In this document: piece by piece, positions 38,386 through 48,040 of the stretch | Numbering within the stretch: the first letter of the stretch is position 1 | Layout of the letters: every line of letters begins with the position of its first letter | IMG/VR virus record: IMGVR_UViG_3300037418_003103 | Origin: a virus | Taxonomy: Duplodnaviria > Heunggongvirae > Uroviricota > Caudoviricetes | DNA length: 64,000 nt | Strand: one strand, 5' to 3' | The notes under the pieces: model-generated | Seen by the model: only the letters and a program-made list of their open reading frames with translations | Databases searched by the model: none | What the model was told of the DNA's origin: nothing | Translations under genes and position numbers: made by a program

Positions 38386-40056
38386 ATGGATTATTCAGAT
38401 TTTTTTTTAGATAATAAAAGAAACGGGTATAAGACACGAGAAAAATATCTACAGGAACACTTTAACGAGATATATCGGATGGTTATTAAGCATGCAGAAA
38501 CATATAATTTAAACAACTTACCGTTTAAAGAAAAGATATGGCATTTTATAAATGATTCTAGATCACCTAAGGTTTGCGAAGAGTGTGGTGTATTACTTAA
38601 ATTTAAGAGAAGTCTCTTAGAGGGCTATGGTAAATACTGTTCTCTCACTTGTTGTAATAAGCATGAAGGGCATATAAAAAGTACAATGGCAAGCAAGAAA
38701 ATATGGAGAGCCAATTTAAGTGATGAAGAACGAGAGGAACAAGTTCAGAAAGTAAAACAAGGAGTCCTTAAAAAATATGGTGTTGATAATTATTCAAATT
38801 TTAAAGAATTTAGATCTTCTGAAACTGCAGCTAATACTAATAAGTTTATTAAATTAAGCAAAGATAGGTATAAGAATTACTATGATTATTCTATGGTTGA
38901 ATACAGGGATATTAATTCAGAGGTTAAAATCATTTGTCCTATTCATGGCATTTTTAAAACCACACCTAAACTACATCTGCACCATGGTGTTGGTTGCAAG
39001 AAGTGCTCCTGTAGAATGGATACTGATAAGTTTATCTTAAAATGTACTCAGATTCATGACGGTAAGTATGATTATAGCAAGGTTAACTATATAACCAATA
39101 CAACTCCTATTCATATAATCTGTCCAGTGCATGGAGATTTCAAGCAAAAACCACACAAGCACTTGCTTGGACACGGATGCAGAAAATGTGGGAATGCTCG
39201 TCACCTATCAGAAAATAGTCTTAAAGAATTCATTCGGTCACTTAATATTGATTTTCTTGAGAATACCCGCGCCCTTATTAGGAAGAGGGAAATAGATATT
39301 TACATCCCTTCACATAATTTAGCAATTGAATTCAATGGATTGTATTGGCATAATGAACTCTTTGTTGATAGCAACTACCACTTAGAGAAAACGAGTATGT
39401 GTGAAGAAAAAGGGATAAGGCTCATACATGTTTTTGAGGATGAATGGATGTTTAAAAAAGAAGTCGTAAAAAGCAGGATTAGGAACATCTTAGGAATAAG
39501 CGGAGATAGAATATATGCTAGAAAGTGTGAAATAAAAGAAATAAAAGCTAAGGACGCCAGGATTTTTCTTGATCAGAATCACCTGCAGGGCTATAGTGTT
39601 TCAAGCTGTAATGTCGGATTATTTTATAAAGATGAATTGGTTTCATTGATGGCCTTTGTCAAACCCAGGCTTGGTATAGGAAATAATAAATCTGAATATA
39701 TAGAATTAAGTAGATTTGCTAATAAATTAGACACAATCGTTGTTGGCGGGGCTAGTAAACTCCTAAAATACTATGTAAGAACATATGAGCCAAGTAAGAT
39801 AATTAGTTATGCTGATATAAGGTGGTCTAGAGGCGAATTATACGAGCAACTTGGATTCATAAAAACCCATACAAATAAACCTAATTATTGGTATGTTATT
39901 AATGCAGAGAGGAAGCACAGATTTCTTTTTAGAAAATCAAAACTAAAAAAAGATGGCTTTGATATTGAAAATAAAACTGAACATCAAATAATGCTTGATC
40001 GGAAAATATATCGAATTTATGACTGCGGTACAATTCATTTTGAACTTATTATTTGA
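38386..40056 (+). CDS. Putative homing endonuclease copy 2
   Basis: Two YDYS...ICPxHG...GCxKC repeats (DUF723-like); EIDIYIPSHNLAIEFNGLYWH; same C-terminal domain as copies 1 and 3. Confidence 0.7.
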   Translation: MDYSDFFLDNKRNGYKTREKYLQEHFNEIYRMVIKHAETYNLNNLPFKEKIWHFINDSRSPKVCEECGVLLKFKRSLLEGYGKYCSLTCCNKHEGHIKSTMASKKIWRANLSDEEREEQVQKVKQGVLKKYGVDNYSNFKEFRSSETAANTNKFIKLSKDRYKNYYDYSMVEYRDINSEVKIICPIHGIFKTTPKLHLHHGVGCKKCSCRMDTDKFILKCTQIHDGKYDYSKVNYITNTTPIHIICPVHGDFKQKPHKHLLGHGCRKCGNARHLSENSLKEFIRSLNIDFLENTRALIRKREIDIYIPSHNLAIEFNGLYWHNELFVDSNYHLEKTSMCEEKGIRLIHVFEDEWMFKKEVVKSRIRNILGISGDRIYARKCEIKEIKAKDARIFLDQNHLQGYSVSSCNVGLFYKDELVSLMAFVKPRLGIGNNKSEYIELSRFANKLDTIVVGGASKLLKYYVRTYEPSKIISYADIRWSRGELYEQLGFIKTHTNKPNYWYVINAERKHRFLFRKSKLKKDGFDIENKTEHQIMLDRKIYRIYDCGTIHFELII

Positions 40057-40098
40057 AAAAATACTTTATAATAAAAAAAATAGGCGTATATTTGCTAT

Positions 40099-40407
40099 AT
40101 GGAAAAAAATTTTGAAACTGTGTCTATCCTTGAAGAGAATAAGGAAGGATCAGAGTATACTTGTGGGGATATTAGAGAAATTCTAAAAAATACGGAACTT
40201 CTTGATACTGATAAATTTTATATGTGGACAGATGATGAAGACGATAGCTATAAAGTATCCATATATCGGATGGTCCTTGAAACTGATGAAGAATTTAATG
40301 CCAGATTAGAAGAGGCAGAAAGAATTCGTAAAACATATGAAAAAATAACAGAGAAACAACGCTATCAGCAGTATCTTAAATTAAAGGAAGAATTTGAAAA
40401 TAATTAA
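40099..40407 (+). CDS. Hypothetical protein
   Basis: 102 aa; LETDEEFNARL...YQQYLKLKEEFE; TATATTTG at 40087-94. Confidence 0.65.
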   Translation: MEKNFETVSILEENKEGSEYTCGDIREILKNTELLDTDKFYMWTDDEDDSYKVSIYRMVLETDEEFNARLEEAERIRKTYEKITEKQRYQQYLKLKEEFENN

Positions 40408-40409
40408 TT

Positions 40410-40760
40410 ATGCTAAATAAAAAAACTTGGGAGGAGTTTAGAAATACAGGATTGTTTCTGTTTATCAATTCAATACTGCATGCATTCGGATGGGCTATTG
40501 TTCTTGAAGTAGCTGATGATGGTTCTGTTAGTAGCGTATATCCTGCAAGAGTTAAATTTAGAGGCTTCCCACCTGAATCAGTTTCGAAATCCTATGAAAG
40601 AATCGGAGAATATTTAAAAGAAAATTCAGCAGAGATGGCTGAAGAATCGGCTGTAGAAGAGCCTAGTCAGTTACCGAATAGATTCGTGGCCAAAACAAGC
40701 GATAGTGCTCATGTCACACAAGGTATGCTTGGTCGTTATTCAGCGAGTTTAGGTTATTAA
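40410..40760 (+). CDS. Hypothetical protein
   Basis: WEEFRNTGLFLFINSILHAFGWAIV...YPARVKFRGF. Confidence 0.65.
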   Translation: MLNKKTWEEFRNTGLFLFINSILHAFGWAIVLEVADDGSVSSVYPARVKFRGFPPESVSKSYERIGEYLKENSAEMAEESAVEEPSQLPNRFVAKTSDSAHVTQGMLGRYSASLGY

Positions 40761-41194
40761 TTTTTCTTCTTTTGAGGAACCAGTTCCAGAAGATTCGCAG
40801 CCACATTAGAACTCATATTCAGGCCCATACTGCGTGTTATCCTGTTAAATTCATCCACTATCTTGTAAGCGTTTGTACTAAGCAGGTTATCCACGTCAGC
40901 TATACCCATTTCGCTCAGGTTATCCACGGCTTCCTTTAGTTTAAATTCATCCTCGAAGGTAGTCTTTACCTGTTTCATCACTTCAGGGTTGGAAATGGCC
41001 TTATCGGCAATGATTTTATTGTAATTGCTCATCTTCTTACCAAGAATATTATTTAGAATCGTTGTAGTGGCCAATAGAACCTCTTTGGTTGACTCTTTAA
41101 TCAGATTTGATTCATTCATCATCTTTGATGAATGGGCCTTAAAATGGCTTAAAATAGCTTTATATTGTTGTTCACTGATTCTTATTCTTGGCAT
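40757..41194 (-). CDS. Hypothetical protein with RISEQQYKAI N-terminal motif
   Basis: 145 aa; ATATTTAT motif upstream. Confidence 0.65.
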   Translation of the reverse strand: MPRIRISEQQYKAILSHFKAHSSKMMNESNLIKESTKEVLLATTTILNNILGKKMSNYNKIIADKAISNPEVMKQVKTTFEDEFKLKEAVDNLSEMGIADVDNLLSTNAYKIVDEFNRITRSMGLNMSSNVAANLLELVPQKKKN

Positions 41195-41287
41195 GGTAGC
41201 TTTTATTTAAATAAATATATTTAAAAACTTGTTTATTGCGTATAAAAATAGTAATTTTGAATTAAAATTTATATTGGATTGTTATTA

Positions 41288-41320
41288 AACCCTCTATGTT
41301 AGCTAGAGGGGTTTTTTTTT
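41288..41320 (+). terminator. Terminator-like hairpin immediately upstream of endonuclease copy 3
   Basis: CCCTCTA-tgttagc-TAGAGGG followed by G and a T9 run, ending 4 nt before the ATG at 41325. Confidence 0.6.
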
Positions 41321-41324
41321 AATT

Positions 41325-43136
41325 ATGTACAAATTAACTACACTAGCAACATTTCTTGAAAGAGCTAAAGAAGTTCATGGTGATAAATATGATTATTCGG
41401 AAGTAGAATACAATGGAACTAAACACAAGGTCAGTATCATTTGTAAGGAACACGGACATTTTTTAATGACTCCAGAAAAACATATAGCAAGAAAACAAGG
41501 CTGTCCATTTTGTGCGGGATTAATTAAAACCACCGAAAACTTTATAAAGAGATCCGAAGCTGTTCATGGAAAGAGGTATGATTATTCTGTTTCTAAATTT
41601 ACTGCTTCTTATAACAAAATTGATATAATTTGTAGAGAACATGGGTTGTTTTCTCAAACAGCAATAGGCCATTATTCTGGCGGTCATTGCCCTAAGTGTG
41701 TGGGTAAGAATAAGACAAACGAGGAAGTAGTTCAAAAATTTATAGAAGTTCATGGCGATAAATATGATTATAGTCTTATAGATTATAAAGGTCAAAGAAA
41801 TAAGATGAGTATAATTTGTCCAAAGCATGGAATATTTAAACAAACATTTAATATACATAAAAAGGGGCATGGATGCCCTATCTGTGCTGGTGCTATTGTA
41901 TCAACTAATCATTTCATTGAAAAAGCAAAATTGGTTCACGGAAACAAATTTGATTATTCTGAATCTAAGTATATTAATAGCAATAAAAAAATTAAAATTA
42001 TCTGTTCAATTCATGGGGCTTTTTATCAAAAGCCTAATAATCATTTACAGGGGCAAGGTTGTCCTAACTGTAAGGGAATGAGTATCACTGAAAAGAAAAC
42101 GAAGTCTACTGAAGAATATATTAAAGAAGCATTTAATGTTCATGGAGATAAATATGATTATTCACAAGTTGAATACGTAGGATGCAGGGATAAAATAAAT
42201 ATCCTGTGTAAAAAGCATGGTGTATTTTCGCAAGATCCTGATTCGCATTTACATGGGGCTGGATGTCCTAAGTGCGGCGTTATTGTTACTCAGAGCGAGA
42301 ATGAAATAAAAACATTCATACATGAACTTGGAATTGGTTTTGAGGATAATGACAGAAATGTTCTTGATGGGCTTGAAATTGACATACTGATACCTGAAAA
42401 AAGAATAGCTATTGAATATGATGGCATTTATTGGCACTCTGAGAAATTTATTGAAAGAAATTTTCATTTAAATAAGACACAAGAAGCAGAAAAAGCTGGT
42501 TACAATTTAATACATATTTTCGAGGATGAATGGAAGAACAAGCCAGAAGTAGTCAAATCCAGGCTTAGAAACATATTGGGTAAAACACCCTATAAATTAT
42601 ATGCAAGAAAATGTCTCATTAAAGAAGTAAACTCATCTGATTCCATAAGATTTTTAGATGTGAGCCATTTACAAGGAGGCGTTAATTCATCAGTTCGATT
42701 GGGACTGTATTATGATAATGAATTAGTTTCATTGATGACCTTTGGTAGAGGTAGATTGGCTATGGGAGGTAATTCTGATCAATTTGAACTGGTTAGATTC
42801 TGTAATAAATTAAATACAAGTGTTATAGGCGCAGCAAGTAGATTACTATCTTATTTCATTAAAAAATATATCCCTAAAGAGATTATATCTTATGCTGATA
42901 AGAGATGGTCAGTGGGTGACCTGTATGATAAGTTAGGTTTTATTAAGACACATGAATCCAGGCCTAACTATTGGTACGTTATTGGAAAAAGCAGAAAACA
43001 CAGGTTTGGTTTTAGGAAATCAATTCTTGTTAAACAGGGCTATGATGCTTCTAAGTCGGAACATGAAATTATGCTTGACCGAAAAATATATAGAATATAT
43101 GATTGTGGTACAATAGTATATAAAAAAACTCTCTAA
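41325..43136 (+). CDS. Putative homing endonuclease copy 3
   Basis: Five tandem HGxKYDYS...ICxxHGxF...GCPxC repeats; EIDILIPEKRIAIEYDGIYWH; C-terminal SYADKRW...RIYDCG. Confidence 0.75.
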   Translation: MYKLTTLATFLERAKEVHGDKYDYSEVEYNGTKHKVSIICKEHGHFLMTPEKHIARKQGCPFCAGLIKTTENFIKRSEAVHGKRYDYSVSKFTASYNKIDIICREHGLFSQTAIGHYSGGHCPKCVGKNKTNEEVVQKFIEVHGDKYDYSLIDYKGQRNKMSIICPKHGIFKQTFNIHKKGHGCPICAGAIVSTNHFIEKAKLVHGNKFDYSESKYINSNKKIKIICSIHGAFYQKPNNHLQGQGCPNCKGMSITEKKTKSTEEYIKEAFNVHGDKYDYSQVEYVGCRDKINILCKKHGVFSQDPDSHLHGAGCPKCGVIVTQSENEIKTFIHELGIGFEDNDRNVLDGLEIDILIPEKRIAIEYDGIYWHSEKFIERNFHLNKTQEAEKAGYNLIHIFEDEWKNKPEVVKSRLRNILGKTPYKLYARKCLIKEVNSSDSIRFLDVSHLQGGVNSSVRLGLYYDNELVSLMTFGRGRLAMGGNSDQFELVRFCNKLNTSVIGAASRLLSYFIKKYIPKEIISYADKRWSVGDLYDKLGFIKTHESRPNYWYVIGKSRKHRFGFRKSILVKQGYDASKSEHEIMLDRKIYRIYDCGTIVYKKTL

Positions 43137-43150
43137 AGTTAGAGAGTTTT
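43125..43150. terminator. Bidirectional terminator between convergent genes
   Basis: AAAACTCTCTAA-ag-TTAGAGAGTTTT. Confidence 0.7.
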
Positions 43151-43169
43151 GGCTTTATATAATTTATTC

Positions 43170-45629
43170 TTAAACGTTATCAAAAGAAGCACCAGTACTA
43201 GTAACAACAAAACCTACTTTTATGAACTCTAAGCTTCGAGTTGGTTTCAAGAAAATAGTTCCGCTCAATTCGTTTCTATCCATTTCCTCGGTTGTTTGAC
43301 TTGTAGTAACTCTAAAGTCGGTTAAGCCTCTTTCCTTTTTAATATTGTTCAATATCGGATTAACAACTCCTTCAAACTGTCCTTTTATTGTAGAATCATC
43401 TTGGTCAAATACCAGCCTAAGTGAAACCGCTGATATCAATTTTCTAGCCTGTAAAAGAAGACGTCTAACATTTATTCTGTTAAGTGCTGTATCATCAACC
43501 TGAAGTGTCTTATTACCCCAGATTTTAATTCCATCACTTGCAAATGTTGCAATTGGGTTGATCCTGTTATCGTATAGTTTATCTCTTTGAGGGCTGGTTA
43601 ATTTAATCCTGCATTTAATAGCGTCGACATCTCCTCTCTGAACACCCGCAACACTGAACCATGGAAATGATATATTATCTGTAAGAGCAATATTTCTTAC
43701 CACATCTCTTGTTGGAGGTAAGTAAACATATACATTATTCTCAGTGTCAAGTATTTGGTTCCAAGGCCAATAAGTTGCTGTATAGTTACTATCAAATTCT
43801 CCACTCAATTGATCAGTTACATCATCTATTGATAGAATTTGACCATCACTATCCGTATCTGGTGTTGTTATGATATAAAGAGAATCGGCCCTTTCCTGTT
43901 CAACTACTTCAATTGCTTCTTCTATTAAATTACTATGATTGAATGAGTCAATACCAGGAGTAGCAAATACATTTATATTTACTGCTTCAGGATTACTAAA
44001 GGTATAAATACCCTCCAAGAATGCATAATAGTCAGAAGTTAATCCTGGCTCATCTGTAGAAAGAACCCTGTTAGAGAAAACGCCGCTTGACAAACCCAAA
44101 ACCCCTTTGCTTCCATGAAGCGTAAAGTCATCTGTATTACTTCTTGAAGATCTGTAAATATCCCATCCATCGAAACCACCGTAAGGGGCAAACGTGAATT
44201 TTCTTGCATATAATTTATCATAAGCAGTACCAATTAGCCCTGTATTTGTTTGGAATTCAGCAGGACCTGTAACGAAAGAAACACTTGTGTTATCAATGGT
44301 TACCGCACTTGCAGTAGCATCCATGTGAAATCCACTTGTACTTCCAGTCCAATCCCCAGTAGCAGATTTACCCTTGTAATCAAAAATATCTGCGTCTATA
44401 CCCGCTGTATCAGATAAACCTAAATAAAACTTACGTTTATTTTCTGAATCTAAGTAAGTGCTTTTATAGCTAATATCAGGCGTAACAACGCTTGCATTTG
44501 AGTTGGATTTATAATCCCTTATAGGATAACCTGTAAAACCAGCAGGAAATGCATCTGAAGTGTCGTTTGATTCATCTAGTTCTAGTAGAACATAAAGAGA
44601 TTTGGACGCAAATTTACCATCCAACGTTCCAATACGTCTTCCAATGAAATTAGAAGAAGTTGGGTCCATGTTGCAACGAGTAAAACTCTCTAGGATACTC
44701 GGATTTGAATCTGTATCATAGAATGCTCTGATGTACACATCAAATTCTTTTTCGTCAGGTTTAATATTAACTATTGATATTTTAAATTGTTCGTTTGCGG
44801 CATTACCATCTGAAATAGTATGGAATCTATATAATTTAAATACTTTGCTACCTCTTAATTCGGATACAACCCACGGAGTAACAGCTTCCTGGTACTCTCT
44901 CTTATAATTTTGAAAAGAAGATGCGTAACTAATTAAACTAAGTGTTACACCTGTAACGCTTCCGCTGGCAAGTAACTTAGTAAACATGCTGTCGTAAAGT
45001 TCTTCCACAAATATAGCAGCTTTTCCGCTCTGCGCCTCTCTACCAAGAACTCTCGGCAGGTAATTTTTCTTAGTTTTATCTAATGATACAGTATAACTAA
45101 ACGCTCCCTGAGTAATAGAATTTCCTGTCAGTATGAAATCTGCAAGTGGGTTAACTGTTGCTCCTGTAACGCTTGTACTAATACCTAAATTGGTTGTACC
45201 TGTTACTTGAAACGCAACTAATTGAGTAGATGGATCTACTGAACCTCTAGAACGAATCAGAGCCACTAACTTGTTATTGGTTGTTCCCGACCCCTTAAGT
45301 GTAATACCCCAGGCAAGTCCTGCATCATAACCAGACAATCCTAGTACTCTGGTAACAAATAATTGATCTGCTTGAGATAAGTATGATTTTGCAATATATG
45401 GTAATTCATACTGTGGCGCACCTGTATCCTTTACGAGTGTGCTATCTAATCCCCCAAAGAAGGATTTAAACTGTGAGTAATCGTTCACAAATATTGGTTG
45501 GAAAGCTGGTCCAAGTGTAGTTTCGCCTACAAGGCCAAGTGTAGTTACACCTATGTTACGTGTAACAAAAGAAATGTCTTTTTCGCTTGTATAAACTCCT
45601 GGACTAACGAAAACCTTATCTAATGCCAT
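43170..45629 (-). CDS. Tail sheath protein
   Basis: FVSPGVYTSEKD, GLVGETTLGPAF, PWFSVAGVQRG, LYDNRINPI, IWGNKTL, RINVRRLL, PTRSLEFI. Confidence 0.95.
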   Translation of the reverse strand: MALDKVFVSPGVYTSEKDISFVTRNIGVTTLGLVGETTLGPAFQPIFVNDYSQFKSFFGGLDSTLVKDTGAPQYELPYIAKSYLSQADQLFVTRVLGLSGYDAGLAWGITLKGSGTTNNKLVALIRSRGSVDPSTQLVAFQVTGTTNLGISTSVTGATVNPLADFILTGNSITQGAFSYTVSLDKTKKNYLPRVLGREAQSGKAAIFVEELYDSMFTKLLASGSVTGVTLSLISYASSFQNYKREYQEAVTPWVVSELRGSKVFKLYRFHTISDGNAANEQFKISIVNIKPDEKEFDVYIRAFYDTDSNPSILESFTRCNMDPTSSNFIGRRIGTLDGKFASKSLYVLLELDESNDTSDAFPAGFTGYPIRDYKSNSNASVVTPDISYKSTYLDSENKRKFYLGLSDTAGIDADIFDYKGKSATGDWTGSTSGFHMDATASAVTIDNTSVSFVTGPAEFQTNTGLIGTAYDKLYARKFTFAPYGGFDGWDIYRSSRSNTDDFTLHGSKGVLGLSSGVFSNRVLSTDEPGLTSDYYAFLEGIYTFSNPEAVNINVFATPGIDSFNHSNLIEEAIEVVEQERADSLYIITTPDTDSDGQILSIDDVTDQLSGEFDSNYTATYWPWNQILDTENNVYVYLPPTRDVVRNIALTDNISFPWFSVAGVQRGDVDAIKCRIKLTSPQRDKLYDNRINPIATFASDGIKIWGNKTLQVDDTALNRINVRRLLLQARKLISAVSLRLVFDQDDSTIKGQFEGVVNPILNNIKKERGLTDFRVTTSQTTEEMDRNELSGTIFLKPTRSLEFIKVGFVVTSTGASFDNV

Positions 45630-45728
45630 AATTTTAAAATTTTAGTTTATTATAAATATATTAGAAATAAGTAAAACTTTCTTTTAGCAAAAAATATTAA
45701 ATGTTACTTAAATGGAGTATTTTTAAAT

Positions 45729-45758
45729 AAAAAAAGCAACCCGTAATGAGTTGCTTTT
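45729..45758 (-). terminator. Intrinsic terminator ending the fibre cluster
   Basis: AAAAGCAAC...GTTGCTTTT stem with A-run. Confidence 0.7.
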
Positions 45759-45778
45759 AATTATATTTACTTTTTTAG

Positions 45779-46201
45779 TCATTTTACATTGTTATCACCT
45801 ATCGCTTTAAGCGTGTGGTTCTTATCAAGAAAATTTAAGAAATTATTGAGTTCTGTTCCTGTTTTGGTTAATGTTTTAGCTTCCAGGTTGTAGCCAATTA
45901 CTTCAGAAATCGTTTCTTGTTGTGAGCCGAATCTGTGCTGAGAAGTCTTAGTAATCAGTGTATCGTTAAATAATGGAGCACACACTACATTACCGTATTT
46001 ATCAACGCTCTTTGCCATAACTAAGAAAAGGTCTCCGATATAAATAAACGCATTATCAAAGTGCGAAGTAATAAATAGTTTTATTATTGCATACATCACG
46101 CTTATTGGAATAAGCAGCGTTCTAAGAAGTATTGAAGCTGCATAAACAAAAATATTTCTAACAATCTTCTTAAATGCGTCCATCGGCATCAGCTCTTGCA
46201 A
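45779..46201 (-). CDS. Hypothetical membrane protein
   Basis: Hydrophobic N-half; DKYGNVVC..LFN...FG...ETISEVIG. Confidence 0.65.
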   Translation of the reverse strand: MQELMPMDAFKKIVRNIFVYAASILLRTLLIPISVMYAIIKLFITSHFDNAFIYIGDLFLVMAKSVDKYGNVVCAPLFNDTLITKTSQHRFGSQQETISEVIGYNLEAKTLTKTGTELNNFLNFLDKNHTLKAIGDNNVK

Positions 46202-46646
46202 TAATACTTGTGATCAGGTCGTCAACAATAACGCTCTGCGTTGCCGCCATCATCTTATAGAATTCATACTCATACATATAAGTCTTTCCTTCAAGAATTC
46301 CACCAGGTCCTGTTGCAGTAGAATCAAAAATCATGTTTGCGCTTGCAAACGGCACACCATTGGTGACATCTACTAGCGTGGTCATGTCAGCGATAATATT
46401 CTTTTGATAAGTAGTGAACCCTACGACGCCGTCTAGACTTTCTCCATAAGTAGTTGTCTCACCGCTTGTAGATGGATCTGGAATAGCAGCGAATGGAATG
46501 ATATTAAGAGATATTATTACTCGTTCTTCTCTTGGTGCGTAGTTAAGGTTAAGAACTTCTGCCTTTCTTTTGATGATGGTTGAGCCAACGGTTTTATCGC
46601 TAACGTTTACAACAATATTAGTTGGTGTTTGTCTTATTAGAGGCAT
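46170..46646 (-). CDS. Hypothetical protein
   Basis: 158 aa ORF in the fibre operon. Confidence 0.65.
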   Translation of the reverse strand: MPLIRQTPTNIVVNVSDKTVGSTIIKRKAEVLNLNYAPREERVIISLNIIPFAAIPDPSTSGETTTYGESLDGVVGFTTYQKNIIADMTTLVDVTNGVPFASANMIFDSTATGPGGILEGKTYMYEYEFYKMMAATQSVIVDDLITSIIARADADGRI

Positions 46647-46649
46647 AAG

Positions 46650-47075
46650 TTATGGTTTAATAAATTTAAAAAATTGAGTGTAATTATCAGCTACTTCTAA
46701 TGACTCCAAATATTTTAGTGGAATTGGATCATATTGAATGGATTTTTCTTCTGCGAGCAAATCAGTGTATTCTTTTTGAAAAAGATCCAGATTAGGATTT
46801 CTCTTTTTCTTTTTTTCATCCAAAAATTCTGGAATCGAAATATTTCCATTCTCTTCAACGCCATATTTTTTAATCAATTCGACTCTAAGATCTTTAATCT
46901 TGGTTGCCTCTGATGTTACAGTACTTGCTAGTTGATTCATCCAGTATTTACCAACAAGAGATAATTTTTCAGACAGAAGTCCTTTAAATAAAACCGTTCC
47001 GTCTTGTGCTTGAACACCGTTTAATTCAGCCTCTAATTGTAATAATTCGCTAATTTTAATTTTTTTCTCTTCCAT
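46650..47075 (-). CDS. Hypothetical helical protein (possible fibre chaperone)
   Basis: 141 aa, LRVELIKKYG...FQKEYTDLL; downstream of the fibre genes. Confidence 0.6.
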   Translation of the reverse strand: MEEKKIKISELLQLEAELNGVQAQDGTVLFKGLLSEKLSLVGKYWMNQLASTVTSEATKIKDLRVELIKKYGVEENGNISIPEFLDEKKKKRNPNLDLFQKEYTDLLAEEKSIQYDPIPLKYLESLEVADNYTQFFKFIKP

Positions 47076-47158
47076 TATTTAATTTTATTTTAAAACTAAG
47101 AGATATTTCTCATTTGTAAAGTCTTGTTATTATTTTTATTGTCTTAACCGAATAATAA

Positions 47159-48040
47159 CTAAAATGAGTAAGATTGATTAGCTGATGTAGTAGGTGATAT
47201 TCCAGTTATATTCAAATTATCGATATGATTATTACCTTGAACCTGAACTGTAAATACTACAGAGCTAGTTCCTGCGGCTAAAACACAAGAACCAGTAAAT
47301 GTTGACTGAGAACCGCCGCTATCAACTGTAACGGAGACGTTAACAGTGATATTAACCTCTACATTGGCACTAGATGTAATTGTTACTGAAAAAACATTAG
47401 GTGTGGTAGGCCAATTATTAATAGTTATAGCTCCATCACCAGCTAAAGCAATATAAATTGAAGTTGGACGGAATACTATGAAATTTTGAGTTGAATTAGA
47501 TTGTGGGGAGATTGATATTAAATTCACAGAATTGATAACAGTATTGTTGTTTATAGGCATATAAACATATCCAACATTAGAGTTAAGCATTCCAGAGAAT
47601 GTTTCAGAAGAAATTACTGTAGAATCATTACCATTTACGCTTATAGTCAATGAGAGAGAATCTGATGCAGATACATCCGAAAGATTTATGGTTATGTATG
47701 CATAGTTTTTTGGCGGAGTATCTTGAGATTGCCAAAGCTGATAAGAATAAATCCATACATACACATTAGTTAAACCATTAGAAGCAGAAGGCGTTAAGTC
47801 TCTTTTAATTACTATCTGATTATTAGATTTATTTGAGAATATTGGATAATTTATATCTATACTAGCCTCGCCATTGATCATATCTTGTTTTGTAAGACAT
47901 GATGGAACATCAACCATTACAAATCCTCCAGGTGGTTTGGTATAGCCAGATTTTAAAACAAAAACATTTGTATTTAAAGCATCAGATAATGAATTTTGAT
48001 CTATTACTTGATTGTTAGCGGAATCTGCCCAAAGTCCCAT
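47159..48040 (-). CDS. Tail-fibre-associated beta-rich protein
   Basis: 293 aa, S/T/N/V-rich with two Ig-like-looking repeats; start overlaps the fibre gene stop. Confidence 0.6.
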   Translation of the reverse strand: MGLWADSANNQVIDQNSLSDALNTNVFVLKSGYTKPPGGFVMVDVPSCLTKQDMINGEASIDINYPIFSNKSNNQIVIKRDLTPSASNGLTNVYVWIYSYQLWQSQDTPPKNYAYITINLSDVSASDSLSLTISVNGNDSTVISSETFSGMLNSNVGYVYMPINNNTVINSVNLISISPQSNSTQNFIVFRPTSIYIALAGDGAITINNWPTTPNVFSVTITSSANVEVNITVNVSVTVDSGGSQSTFTGSCVLAAGTSSVVFTVQVQGNNHIDNLNITGISPTTSANQSYSF

